Assembly (NCBI GenBank): GCA_031390685.1
Contig: JANMTN010000326.1
Span: 1 to 36,995 of the forward strand
From: Desulfobulbaceae bacterium
Lineage (GTDB): Bacteria; Desulfobacterota; Desulfobulbia; Desulfobulbales; Desulfocapsaceae
Reading direction: 5' to 3'
DNA: 36,995 bases
The position numbers and the translations under genes were made by a program. How positions within the stretch are numbered: position 1 is the stretch's first letter; each line of letters opens with the position of its first letter. The notes under the pieces were generated by a model. That model worked only from the letters and a program-made list of their open reading frames with translations. It made no database searches and had not been told where the DNA came from. Positions 9,316 to 18,415 of this stretch are shown piece by piece.

Positions 9316-11589
9316 TCAACTGGTGAGGGTACGGTAAATTTCCGGCACCCGCAGAGGAAGATTTTTCACATCATTGATAAATGTATAATTTATTTCGCCA
9401 AATATATGGCCCAGGTAATCCTGGGCCTCCTTGTCAATGGAGATGCAAAACGGATGAATGCCGGCCGCCTTTGCCTCTATCAAGGCATGGCGGGTATCTT
9501 CTATGGCGTATTCGCCTTTATAGTCATCATAATCTTCCGGTTTGCCGTCAGTTAAAATAATCAAAAGTCTGACACGGGCATCAATATCCTTGAGAACCTT
9601 GGTGAAATGGCGGATAGGAGGCCCCATGCGCGTATAATCCATGGGAGATATGGCGGCAATACGCCCTTTAATCTCTTCCGAATAAGGCTCCGTAAAATCT
9701 TTCACATGGAAAATTTCACTTCGTGTCCGCCGCATTCCGGAAAAACCGTAGATGGCATAGCGGTCCCCAAGAGAATGAAGGGCTTCGCTGAGAAGAACCA
9801 GTGATTCTTTCAGGGCTGTGCCCACCCATCCCTCTGTGGAGGAGGACATGTCAACGAGAAAAAGAGCTGCTATGTCACGCTCGTCTCTCTGCAGCCTGAT
9901 AAAAAGCCGCTCCGAAGGAACGAGTCCGGCCCTGACATCGGCGTACGCTTCCGTCAGGGCATCAAGATCGATATCATCCCCATCTTTCTGTCGTTTAACG
10001 AAACGCTGTTGGGTGCGCATCATCTCAAACTGCCGTTTCATCTGCAGAATCTGGCCCCGGTATTTTTCCATGGTATTGCTGACAAAAGTCCCTTTGGCTG
10101 GGACGATTCGTTTTTCAATGAGCGTACACCAGTTTTTTCGAAAACCGCGGCGGCGGAAATCCCATTCATCATAGAGCAGACCTCCCTGCAGGGACAGCCC
10201 TGCTTCGGAGTGAATACTTTTAGCTGGTGTTTTGCCTCTTCCTCCGGCCATCCGGCTGGCACTGGCAATATAGAATGAAGGCACTTCTCCCAGATCGTCT
10301 TCTATCTCCCTGGCAATAGGGCGCAACTCTTCCGGCAGTTCCAGCTGCTCATCATCGAGGCATATATAACGGGGATCATTCTGTCTGTCCTCCGCCGGTT
10401 TTTCTTTTTTGCCATCCTGGCGTATGAGTGACAGGTTGGCGCCGCTTTCACTGACATTGGGGATTTGATTTTTTTCTTCCTGTTCCGTATCTGTTGGTGC
10501 GGCGGCAGGATGAGGAAGGATGACCGCGGCCAGGGCTTTGATAAAATGCTGCTTTTGTTCTTCTCTTCTCGACAAACGGGCAAGCCTGGCTTCTTGCGGA
10601 CGGAGCTCACCCTGAAAGAACAGAGGACAGGGCAGGGTGAAATCTCCTTGACAACGCACTCTCTCATAGAAACTTGCTGTTGCTGCAAACACATCCTTAT
10701 AATGAATTTTTCGCGCCAGAACTTTCCGGATCATTGATTCTGCCTCCCCGGAAAGTTCTGGTAAGGGATCAGCAGCACAGTGGGCAAGAAGCCATTTGTG
10801 CACCGCTTCAAACTCGCCCCCTGCTTCTGATGAAATATCCGCCAGACCAGGATCCTTAAGCAAACGTCTGAAAATGGTCTGCCCGTCCTGCATGAGTCCC
10901 GGCAAATATGATTTCAGAAAATCAGCCACGCGGACAGTCTGCAGCAGATGATAGCATGCCATTGCCAGCTTCTGATCCTCAAAGGACAGAAAAAAATTCT
11001 CCAGAGTTTCTGGGTCCGTCTGCTGCTGGCAGTAAATATCCAGCTCAATTTCTGCCCACAGGCAAGAGGCCAGCAATTTATAATTATAAAAACTATGACT
11101 TAAATTAATGGGGGCAATAATTTCCCGGGGCAGAAAAAGCATCTTTGTATCCGTATACAAAGATGCTGATTGCTGAAATTCTAGTGTCCTCCGCGAAAGG
11201 CCTCGCATATAGGGCAGAAGTTTGGGGATGATTTCAGTCAGGGTAAGCCCTTTTTCCCCTCTGATTCTGCACAGAAAATTACTTTCCACATCATCCATAT
11301 ACTCTCGGGCCGCCCGCAGGCCGTCAGCCTCATAGGCATCAAGTATCCCTTTTACCCAGTCGGGCAGCTGCTCCGTGCTGAGGCAGGTCAGGCCCTTCTT
11401 GAGATGACCAAGAAAATCAAAACAGAGCGATGAACTTACCGGCCATAGAACAGCAAGCTGTTCTATGACTGCTTTTTCGACCAGGGGCTCGTAGCGGGCC
11501 AGGTGATCAAAAAGCTCATCCCGCTCCCAGTCATTCAGCCGGTCAACAGGGATGACCTTCTGCAATCTTTCCGCTAAGCCGCTTATCAT
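9316..11589 (-). CDS. CbbO/NorD-like protein with C-terminal von Willebrand factor A domain
   Basis: 757 aa. The last ~190 aa form a VWA domain with MIDAS residues (LFLVDMSSSTEGW ... ILTDGKPED). Its size and its position 9 nt after a CbbQ-type AAA+ gene match CbbO. Confidence 0.7.
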   Translation of the reverse strand: MISGLAERLQKVIPVDRLNDWERDELFDHLARYEPLVEKAVIEQLAVLWPVSSSLCFDFLGHLKKGLTCLSTEQLPDWVKGILDAYEADGLRAAREYMDDVESNFLCRIRGEKGLTLTEIIPKLLPYMRGLSRRTLEFQQSASLYTDTKMLFLPREIIAPINLSHSFYNYKLLASCLWAEIELDIYCQQQTDPETLENFFLSFEDQKLAMACYHLLQTVRVADFLKSYLPGLMQDGQTIFRRLLKDPGLADISSEAGGEFEAVHKWLLAHCAADPLPELSGEAESMIRKVLARKIHYKDVFAATASFYERVRCQGDFTLPCPLFFQGELRPQEARLARLSRREEQKQHFIKALAAVILPHPAAAPTDTEQEEKNQIPNVSESGANLSLIRQDGKKEKPAEDRQNDPRYICLDDEQLELPEELRPIAREIEDDLGEVPSFYIASASRMAGGRGKTPAKSIHSEAGLSLQGGLLYDEWDFRRRGFRKNWCTLIEKRIVPAKGTFVSNTMEKYRGQILQMKRQFEMMRTQQRFVKRQKDGDDIDLDALTEAYADVRAGLVPSERLFIRLQRDERDIAALFLVDMSSSTEGWVGTALKESLVLLSEALHSLGDRYAIYGFSGMRRTRSEIFHVKDFTEPYSEEIKGRIAAISPMDYTRMGPPIRHFTKVLKDIDARVRLLIILTDGKPEDYDDYKGEYAIEDTRHALIEAKAAGIHPFCISIDKEAQDYLGHIFGEINYTFINDVKNLPLRVPEIYRTLTS

Positions 11590-11598
11590 CGCATCGCC

Positions 11599-12411
11599 TT
11601 AGAGAACAGAACTGACTATTTCATCAATAGCATAAAGCAGCTCTTGGTCATCCGTCAGGGCCTGGGTGATGGTCACCCGACAGGCCTCCCTTGGCTCAAT
11701 GCCACCCTTGATAAGCAGCCCGGCGTGAACCAGGAGCCGGGTACTTGCTCCCTCCTGCAGACCTGAACCTTTCAGGCCTCTTGTCATTTCTGCTATACGG
11801 ACAAGCAGCCGGGCCAGTTTTTCTTCTATGCCAGACTCATGGCTGACAATCTCTGTTTCCAGATCCGCATTGGGATAGCCAAGCTCAAGTGCTATAAACC
11901 GCTGCCTGGTTGATTGTTTCATATCTTTTAAAACTGACTGATACCCCGGATTGTATGACACGGCCAGCATGAACTCCGGCGGCGCCGTGAGCAGCTCGCC
12001 TCGCTTTTCAATGGCCAGTTCACGTCTATCATCAGCCAGGGGGTGAATAACTACCGTTGTATCTTTTCTCGCCTCAACCACCTCATCAAGGTAACAGATG
12101 GCTCCATGCCGAACAGCCAGCGTCATAGGACCGTCCAGCCAGAATGTTTCACCGCCGCGGATCAGGTAACGGCCGACAAGATCACTGGTTGACAGATCAT
12201 CATGGCAGGAGACGGTTATAAGTGGTCTTTTCAGTTTCCAGGCAAGAAACTGCATAAAACGGCTTTTGCCACTGCCGGTCGGACCTTTGAGAAGAAGAGG
12301 AATCCCGTTCTTATAAGCCGCCTCTGCTATTATAAGCTCATTTTTCTGCGGCAGGTAAAAGGGCTTCTCATGAATGAGGTGTTCTTCTATTTTCTGGCCT
12401 GCGATCTGCAT
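11599..12411 (-). CDS. MoxR-class AAA+ ATPase, CbbQ/NirQ/NorQ type
   Basis: 270 aa from ATG 12411 (SD AAGGTGA 5 nt upstream; the ORF track starts 3 codons earlier at GTG 12420). Walker [13 protein letters not shown], Walker B AICYLDEV. The ~270 aa length is typical of CbbQ/NorQ. Confidence 0.8.
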   Translation of the reverse strand: MQIAGQKIEEHLIHEKPFYLPQKNELIIAEAAYKNGIPLLLKGPTGSGKSRFMQFLAWKLKRPLITVSCHDDLSTSDLVGRYLIRGGETFWLDGPMTLAVRHGAICYLDEVVEARKDTTVVIHPLADDRRELAIEKRGELLTAPPEFMLAVSYNPGYQSVLKDMKQSTRQRFIALELGYPNADLETEIVSHESGIEEKLARLLVRIAEMTRGLKGSGLQEGASTRLLVHAGLLIKGGIEPREACRVTITQALTDDQELLYAIDEIVSSVL

Positions 12412-12678
12412 AATCTTCACCTTCAGGACGTATTGTGTGTGAATGGAGTATGAATTGTTTGATTTCTGTTTCAGGGTATTATTAATAAGTAAGCCTAAAG
12501 ACAGACAAATACAAATAATAATTCTTCCTATCCATAGTGAAATTATGCAACGAAAAAATGGAAATTTGAAGGCGAAAACGACTATGGAAATAAGGTGTAC
12601 GATTACTGAGGGCCGGAGCGGGGATCAGAGCAGATTCAGCTCGGCAGGGCGGAGGCGTGTCACCTTGGGCAGTCTTTT

Positions 12679-13089
12679 TCAGTGCAGGTGTTCACCCGTG
12701 GAACTCATGGCCAACTTGCCAGAGCGAACTCCGCGCAGGGCAATGAGGTTGTCGGCCAGATTCTGGACTTCTGCCGCCTTGCCACGAATAATAATGACCT
12801 CCAGACAGTTACTATGATCCATGTGGACATGGGTGGTGGAGACTATCTGGTGATGGTAGTCATGTTGCAGTTCGGTGATCTTGTCCTGCACTTGATGCCT
12901 GTGGTGATCATACACGAGGTTGATCACCCCCATCACATCCTTGTCAGCGGCCCATTCATTCTGGACAGAACGGGCGCGGATCAGATCACGGATCGCCTCT
13001 GAACGATTTTCATAATGATGCTGCTGCATGAACGTATCAAAGTCGGCCAGCAACTCCTCTTCAAGGGAGATGGTAAAGCGCTTGAGCAT
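12679..13089 (-). CDS. nikR: Nickel-responsive transcriptional regulator NikR
   Basis: 137 aa from ATG 13089 (MLKRFTISLEEELL...). Ribbon-helix-helix N-terminus with NRSEAIRDLIR. C-terminal metal-binding domain with HDYHHQIVSTTHVHMDHSNCLEV (His/Cys ligand pattern). Confidence 0.85.
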   Translation of the reverse strand: MLKRFTISLEEELLADFDTFMQQHHYENRSEAIRDLIRARSVQNEWAADKDVMGVINLVYDHHRHQVQDKITELQHDYHHQIVSTTHVHMDHSNCLEVIIIRGKAAEVQNLADNLIALRGVRSGKLAMSSTGEHLH

Positions 13090-13325
13090 TGATAACACCT
13101 TTTTATTTAAATTATTTTCTTCGTGGCAGGTCTTGGAAATCAACCTAATTATAAATTTGGCACATTTATGAACAGATTAACAGGTAGATTGAAGGATGGA
13201 AATCTGAATTTGTATCAGGAGAAAAATCCTGTTTGATTTGCTTTGTTTTTTATACTACAAGTTAAAAGGGTTCCTTTTTTTTTGCGTACATGATGGAGCA
13301 AACAATACTTAAGTTGGAGGTTTAC

Positions 13326-14300
13326 ATGAAGATGACTTGTCCCCATTGCGGAATAGTTGGTTCCGCACATGATTCCATGCCTGGAGAAAAGGTCCGGTGC
13401 CCGCAATGTGATAAGGTTTTTAAGGTCACGGAACAGAAAATTGCCTGTCCGCACTGTGAAGTCATTGGTTCAGCTGGGGACTCTTTGGTTGACATGAAAC
13501 TCAGGTGTCCGCAATGTAAAAAGGTTTTTCTTTTGACGCAGGAGCTGTTAACTGGACCATCAACCAGGGGTGTTATGCCTGTTGATGACACGGATGATCT
13601 GAAAAGTGCATTGACGGCGGAGGCCGACGGCATCGAGTTTCTTGCAAAAGAGGAGCTGCCCTTCCCTGTGCCTGAACCAGAACCGATGCTTGCATCTGTG
13701 GCTGAGGTAGTGCCAGAGCCAGAAAGAGAGGTCGCGATTGCCCCAGAGCCACAACCGGTATCAAAAATTAAACTTGTTTCCGAACCTGAGATTGAGCCGG
13801 AACCCGAACTGGTGATTGTTGCTGCCCCCGGACCCGAACTGGAGTTGAGGATTGAACCTGAGTCCGAGCCAGAGTTGGTACTTGTTGCTACTCCCGAGCT
13901 CGAGCCTGAACCCACGATTATGGTCGAGCTGTTACCAGAGGCGGAATCCGCGCCAGAAATTGTTCCCGAGCCTGAGCTTGACAGGATACCACCCCTTGCA
14001 GACGACACCATGCCAAAAGATATTAAGGAGAAGGAGGCAAAAGCTGAAGATCTGGAATCAACGGCCATGCCTACCCGTAACTGCGCGGTTTGTGGTGAAT
14101 CTTACCATCCGGAATTCTTGCAGGAAATCGAGGGAAAACTCTACTGTGCAATTTGCGAGCTTCGCACCGCCGCCGCGGAGACCCAAGAAAGATCACCAAA
14201 AATTGGTGACGGGAAGTTGCGGGGCACGATTGGCGCCCTCTTGCTTCTTGGCTTGCTTACACTTGTCGTGCTGGCGCTGAGAATGCTTGGTATTATCTGA
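13326..14300 (+). CDS. Tail-anchored protein with three CxxC..CxxC zinc ribbons and a long Glu/Pro-rich repeat
   Basis: GGAGG RBS (13316-13320) 5 nt before ATG 13326. Two near-duplicate ribbons, CPHCGIVGSAHDSMPGEKVRCPQCDKVFKV and CPHCEVIGSAGDSLVDMKLRCPQCKKVFLL. EP-rich region. A third ribbon, CAVCGESYHP...YCAICE. C-terminal TM helix GALLLLGLLTLVVLAL. Confidence 0.75.
   Translation: MKMTCPHCGIVGSAHDSMPGEKVRCPQCDKVFKVTEQKIACPHCEVIGSAGDSLVDMKLRCPQCKKVFLLTQELLTGPSTRGVMPVDDTDDLKSALTAEADGIEFLAKEELPFPVPEPEPMLASVAEVVPEPEREVAIAPEPQPVSKIKLVSEPEIEPEPELVIVAAPGPELELRIEPESEPELVLVATPELEPEPTIMVELLPEAESAPEIVPEPELDRIPPLADDTMPKDIKEKEAKAEDLESTAMPTRNCAVCGESYHPEFLQEIEGKLYCAICELRTAAAETQERSPKIGDGKLRGTIGALLLLGLLTLVVLALRMLGII
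13658..13983 (+). repeat. Low-complexity coding repeat (EPEP / PELE modules)
   Basis: It encodes PVPEPEP...VPEPERE...APEPQP...SEPEIEPEPELVIVAAPGPELELRIEPESEPELVLVATPELEPEPTIMVELLPEAESAPEIVPEPELD. It also generates a 248-aa Ser/Gly-rich shadow ORF on the opposite strand. Confidence 0.85.
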
Positions 14301-14372
14301 ATCCTGTATGGATTTTTTATGAAACAAGCGCCCCTTTCTCTCCTGGTTAAAAACCGTGTCCTGAGTATATTA

Positions 14373-16055
14373 TTACTCCTTTGACACCCGGTACACCTCT
14401 TCAATGGTGGTGATGCCCTGAAAGACCTTCATGGCGCCGTCATGGCGCAGGGTAATCATCCCATTTTTTATGGCCAACTCCTTGATATCATTGGCGTTTG
14501 CGGTCTGGAGGATCAGGTGTTTCATCTCCCGATCCATGAGCAAGAGTTCAAAGATACCGCACCGTCCTTTATAACCGGTATGGTGACACTTGGCGCACCC
14601 CCTGCCTCTGTACACCTGCTGGTTGGAATCATCAGGCGTGATCCCCAGTTTGAGCAACGCTTCCTTATCTGGGGTATAGGCCTCTTTACAGTGGGGACAG
14701 ATGATGCGGACCAGGCGCTGGGCGAGGATGGCATTAATGGACGACGAGAGAAGAAAGGGCTCGACACCCATGTCAACGAGTCTGGTTATGGCGCTGGCGG
14801 CATCGTTGGTGTGCAGGGTGGAAAAGACCAGATGACCGGTCAGGGCGGACTGGATGGCAATCTCGGCTGTTTCGGTATCACGGATCTCGCCTATCAGAAT
14901 AACATCGGGATCCTGCCTGACAATAGAACGGAGGCCGGAGGCAAAGGTGAGGTTGATCTTCGGATTGACCTGGACCTGGCCTATACCGCTGATCCGGTAT
15001 TCAACCGGATCTTCAATGGTAATGATATTAATGTCGGTGTGATTGATTGAGGTCAGGGCCGCATAGAGGGTTGTGGTCTTGCCGCTGCCGGTGGGGCCGG
15101 TGACGAGAACGATGCCGTTTGCCGCCTTGATCTGTTCTGAAAAAGGGATGAACCGATCATCCGGCATGCCAAGTTCGGTCAGGGTAATCAAGATAGAGGA
15201 TTTGTCGAGCAGGCGCAGCACGACCCGTTCGCCAAAGGAGGTTGGCAGGGTGGAGACCCGGATATCAACATCTTTATTGCCGACCTTCAACTCAATACGC
15301 CCATCCTGCGGCAGACGTTTTTCGGCGATGTTCAGATTGGCCATGATCTTGATCCGGGAGATCAGCGCCGACTGGACATGTTTGGGCGGACTGAGCATAT
15401 CATAGAGGATGCCATCGAGTCGCTGGCGGATCTTCAGGCTGTTCTGGTAGGGCTCGATGTGGATATCAGAGGCATTGTCGCGCACGGCCTGCGAAAACAT
15501 GAGATTTACCAGGCGGATGACCGGGGCGTCGCTGGTATCATCAAGCAGATCACCGGTTTCTTCAATCTCGGAAAAAAGGGCCTCCGGATCTTCATCGTCA
15601 ATGTCCTGCATGACCTCTGCCGCTGAATCCTGGGTCATATCATAGGCAGTATTGATGGCGGTGGTAATGGCCGCCAGCGGACAAAGAACGGGCCTGACAC
15701 CGTTCCAGCCCAGGATAGAGCGCAAATCGTCAAGGGCCTGAAAACTGAAAGGATCATTGATGGCAATATAGGCATCATCAAGTATTGCCACCGGGACCAT
15801 GGCATTTTTTTTCAAAAAGGCGATAGCAATACTGGCGGTAAAATCAGTCTGAATCTCGGATGGCAGCGTGCGCGTAACCTCCATGTTGAGCTGGGACCCC
15901 AGGGTTTCCAGGAAATCTATCTCATCAAGGTTGTGCTGTCTAATCAGGGTTCGGACCAGTTGACCGCCTTTTTCCTCCCTATTCTCCATCGCCTGCTCCC
16001 AGGCCTCAGGGGGCAGGTGAAAACGTTCAGTCAGGATATTTTGTAACTGGTTCAT
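14373..16055 (-). CDS. gspE: Type II secretion ATPase GspE
   Basis: 560 aa. N-terminal T2SSE_N-type domain, Walker A VTGPTGSGKTTT, tetracysteine zinc motif CPHC...CAKC. 4-nt overlap with gspD. Confidence 0.9.
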   Translation of the reverse strand: MNQLQNILTERFHLPPEAWEQAMENREEKGGQLVRTLIRQHNLDEIDFLETLGSQLNMEVTRTLPSEIQTDFTASIAIAFLKKNAMVPVAILDDAYIAINDPFSFQALDDLRSILGWNGVRPVLCPLAAITTAINTAYDMTQDSAAEVMQDIDDEDPEALFSEIEETGDLLDDTSDAPVIRLVNLMFSQAVRDNASDIHIEPYQNSLKIRQRLDGILYDMLSPPKHVQSALISRIKIMANLNIAEKRLPQDGRIELKVGNKDVDIRVSTLPTSFGERVVLRLLDKSSILITLTELGMPDDRFIPFSEQIKAANGIVLVTGPTGSGKTTTLYAALTSINHTDINIITIEDPVEYRISGIGQVQVNPKINLTFASGLRSIVRQDPDVILIGEIRDTETAEIAIQSALTGHLVFSTLHTNDAASAITRLVDMGVEPFLLSSSINAILAQRLVRIICPHCKEAYTPDKEALLKLGITPDDSNQQVYRGRGCAKCHHTGYKGRCGIFELLLMDREMKHLILQTANANDIKELAIKNGMITLRHDGAMKVFQGITTIEEVYRVSKE

Positions 16056-18415
16056 GGATTATTGGGTTCCCTGGCAGGTTTTTGCGTCTTCTGCAATCGC
16101 TCAATATTTTCCTTACAGGCCTGGAGCAGAGCGCTGTCCACCTTGTTGGGGTTTGAGGTATTGGCGGCTGCCTGAGCGCTGGCATTATCGAGAATCATCT
16201 GGTACAGCTTGATCGCCTGCTGGGGATTGCCTTCCCGCTCACTGATGACGCCAAGGTTGAATTGGGCGTAAGGGTTGTGCGAGTCAATGGTCAGGGCCTT
16301 ATTGAAAAGTTCTTTGGCTTCTGCATAGTTACCTTTCTGCATCTGTTCAAATCCCTGGTCAATCAGGGACATAACGTGGTTCGTATCAGTCGGGTTTACC
16401 AGGAGTTGCCTTGCTTCCGGGAGATCCTTTTCGATGATGTCGGTTTTGATGGCGGTGACCCCGGCCATATCGCCCGGATTTTTAATGATCCTGGGGGTGA
16501 TAAAGATGAACATATTGGTCTTCTTACGGAGGGACTTTTTGGTCTTAAAGAGCCAGCCAAGCACCGGGATATCGCCCAGGAGCGGAACCTTGGCCTCACT
16601 CTCTGTGTCGTCCTGGCCAATAATGCCGCCAATAACAATGGTATTGTTGTCTCTGACCAGGACGGTGGTGGTGGCGGTCCGCTTGAAGGTTGTGGGCTTA
16701 TCAACCTGGGAATTATCCTTAAGCTTACTGACCTCGGTTGCTATTTCCAGGCGCAGGATATCGGCCTGATTGATCTGCGGAGTGATGGTCAGTTTGGTGG
16801 CAATATCTTTGTATTCATAGTTCTGATAACCGATGGAGCCCGTGTCCGTGCCTCCTTTGTTGTCTATTGCCGCCTGTGTTCTGGTGAGATAGGGGGTATT
16901 CTCGCCGATGCTGATCTCTGCCTTCTTATTGTCGGTGGTCAGGATCTGAGGGGTAGCAATGACATTGACATGGGCGTCTCCCTTAAACGCTTTTAAGATG
17001 GCGCCGATGTTCGGGAAGGTGACACCGCCGATCTCGATTCCCTGTTTTAAGACACCCAGGGAAAATCCCGGGCCCGCAATGACTGCAGCAGCAGCAGTAG
17101 CCGCTGTGGTAGCAGTCGCATCGACAGCAGGAATAATGCCGATGCTGTTCGGGATTTTAAATTCATTGCTGTCAGTAAATCCGCTGATCACCTGTCCTGT
17201 CCCATCGTGAAAATCACCGCCCGCCATCCAGTTGACCCCGACATTGAAGGATGAGTCAGCATCCACCTCCATGATCAGCGCCTCCAGATAGACCATTCGT
17301 CTGGGGATATCGAGTTTCTTGATGACATTCTCCAGCTCTTGGAATTCAGTACGGGAGGCGGTGATGATCAGGGAGTTGGTTTCGGTATCGGGCATGATCT
17401 TGACATCTTTGGAGATAGCCGGGGCCTCACCTTTTTTTGCCGGATCACTTGACTGTTGACCAGGCAGGGCGGTCAGAACCGTCGCCAGCTCCTTGGCCGT
17501 TGCATGCTGCAGATAGACCACGTGGATATTTCCCTCATTCTGCTTCATTTCGGTGTCCAGCATGGCTATCAACCGCTTGACCCGAGTAACATTTACAGGC
17601 GAGGCCACCAGAATAAGACTGTTGATTGGTTCATAGCCCACGACTTTCATAGAAGAAAGAGCCTTCCCTTCTTTGGCCCCCTGGGTTTGCTGAAAAATGG
17701 CATTGATGGCAGTGGCGGTTACAGTGGCGGAGGCGTGGCTGAGCGGGATCACCGCAATCTCTTCATCGGTAAGCGGAACATCAATGGACTCAATAATGGT
17801 CAGCAGTTTCTGGATGTTGGAAAGGGTTTCGGTGACAATCAGCATCCCCGACTGGGTGTGGGCAATAACCACCGATGTCTTGGAAACAAGGGGGAGCAGC
17901 ACCTTTTTCATCTCTTCAGGGGTCGTGTAGTGCAGGGGGATGATCTGCGTGACGATCTTGTCTTCGGGCCGAGAAGACTCGCCATGGCTGAGGGTATTGA
18001 TGTTCTGGGAAAGCGCGCGCGCCGCCGGCATTATTTTGGTGATGGCGCCGGCCTCCACAGTTGTAAACCCATTTACCTCCAGGACTGATTCAAAGAGCTG
18101 GTAGGCCTCATCCTCCGATATCTTGGTGGGAGAGATAATGGTGACATTCCCTTGCACCGCCTTATCGACCACAAAATTTTTCCCAGTCAACTCACTGATA
18201 TATTTTATGAACAGGTGGATATCAACATTGTCAAAATCAATGGTGATGAATCGCTCGGACTGTGTATCCTGTGATATTTTAGTCGGTGATTGTTCAGTTG
18301 TCGCCTCCTGAGCGGCAGAGAGCGAGGGAATAAATTGCAGCAGGAGGATGACAACAAGTGGCAGACAAAGTGCCTTGCGGCGGCAAAAAATTTGTGAAAG
18401 ATGAATCAAACTCAT
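16052..18415 (-). CDS. gspD: Type II secretion secretin GspD with C-terminal TPR-like extension
   Basis: 787 aa. Signal peptide ending SLSAAQEA, N0-N3 type repeats, secretin core (VPLLGDIPVLGWLFK...NMFIFITPRII). Then a ~137-aa tail with TPR-like helices (GNYAEAKELFNKALTIDSHNPYAQFNLGVISEREGNPQQAIKLYQMIL). Confidence 0.88.
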   Translation of the reverse strand: MSLIHLSQIFCRRKALCLPLVVILLLQFIPSLSAAQEATTEQSPTKISQDTQSERFITIDFDNVDIHLFIKYISELTGKNFVVDKAVQGNVTIISPTKISEDEAYQLFESVLEVNGFTTVEAGAITKIMPAARALSQNINTLSHGESSRPEDKIVTQIIPLHYTTPEEMKKVLLPLVSKTSVVIAHTQSGMLIVTETLSNIQKLLTIIESIDVPLTDEEIAVIPLSHASATVTATAINAIFQQTQGAKEGKALSSMKVVGYEPINSLILVASPVNVTRVKRLIAMLDTEMKQNEGNIHVVYLQHATAKELATVLTALPGQQSSDPAKKGEAPAISKDVKIMPDTETNSLIITASRTEFQELENVIKKLDIPRRMVYLEALIMEVDADSSFNVGVNWMAGGDFHDGTGQVISGFTDSNEFKIPNSIGIIPAVDATATTAATAAAAVIAGPGFSLGVLKQGIEIGGVTFPNIGAILKAFKGDAHVNVIATPQILTTDNKKAEISIGENTPYLTRTQAAIDNKGGTDTGSIGYQNYEYKDIATKLTITPQINQADILRLEIATEVSKLKDNSQVDKPTTFKRTATTTVLVRDNNTIVIGGIIGQDDTESEAKVPLLGDIPVLGWLFKTKKSLRKKTNMFIFITPRIIKNPGDMAGVTAIKTDIIEKDLPEARQLLVNPTDTNHVMSLIDQGFEQMQKGNYAEAKELFNKALTIDSHNPYAQFNLGVISEREGNPQQAIKLYQMILDNASAQAAANTSNPNKVDSALLQACKENIERLQKTQKPAREPNNP

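Noticed and set aside
9316-12411. MoxR-AAA+/VWA pair as an anti-phage or conflict system
   Set aside because: There is no third VMAP-like component, effector, nuclease or protease, and no mobile-element context. The sizes and motifs fit the CbbQ/CbbO chaperone type. A metallocentre or remodelling role is more parsimonious and is reported as a finding.
12448-12476. E. coli-type NikR operator half-site, GTATGA-N17-TCAGGG, just upstream of the cbbQ-like start
   Set aside because: One half-site is perfect. The partner matches only TCA, and the spacing is off by one. A single hexamer in a 267-nt spacer is near chance expectation, and NikR boxes differ between phyla.
13151-13173. Sigma-54-like TGGCAC element, embedded in an ATAAAT-N7-ATTTAT inverted repeat, upstream of the zinc-ribbon gene
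   Set aside because: The -24 TGGCAC is present, but the -12 element reads TGAA at the wrong register instead of TTGC at the consensus spacing. The short AT-rich palindrome is easily explained by chance.
13322-14068. 248-aa Ser/Gly-rich ORF antisense to the zinc-ribbon/EP-repeat gene
   Set aside because: It is the reverse complement of GAR/CCN-rich EP-repeat codons. The sense frame has a strong RBS, repeated CxxC motifs and a TM anchor. The antisense frame has none of these.
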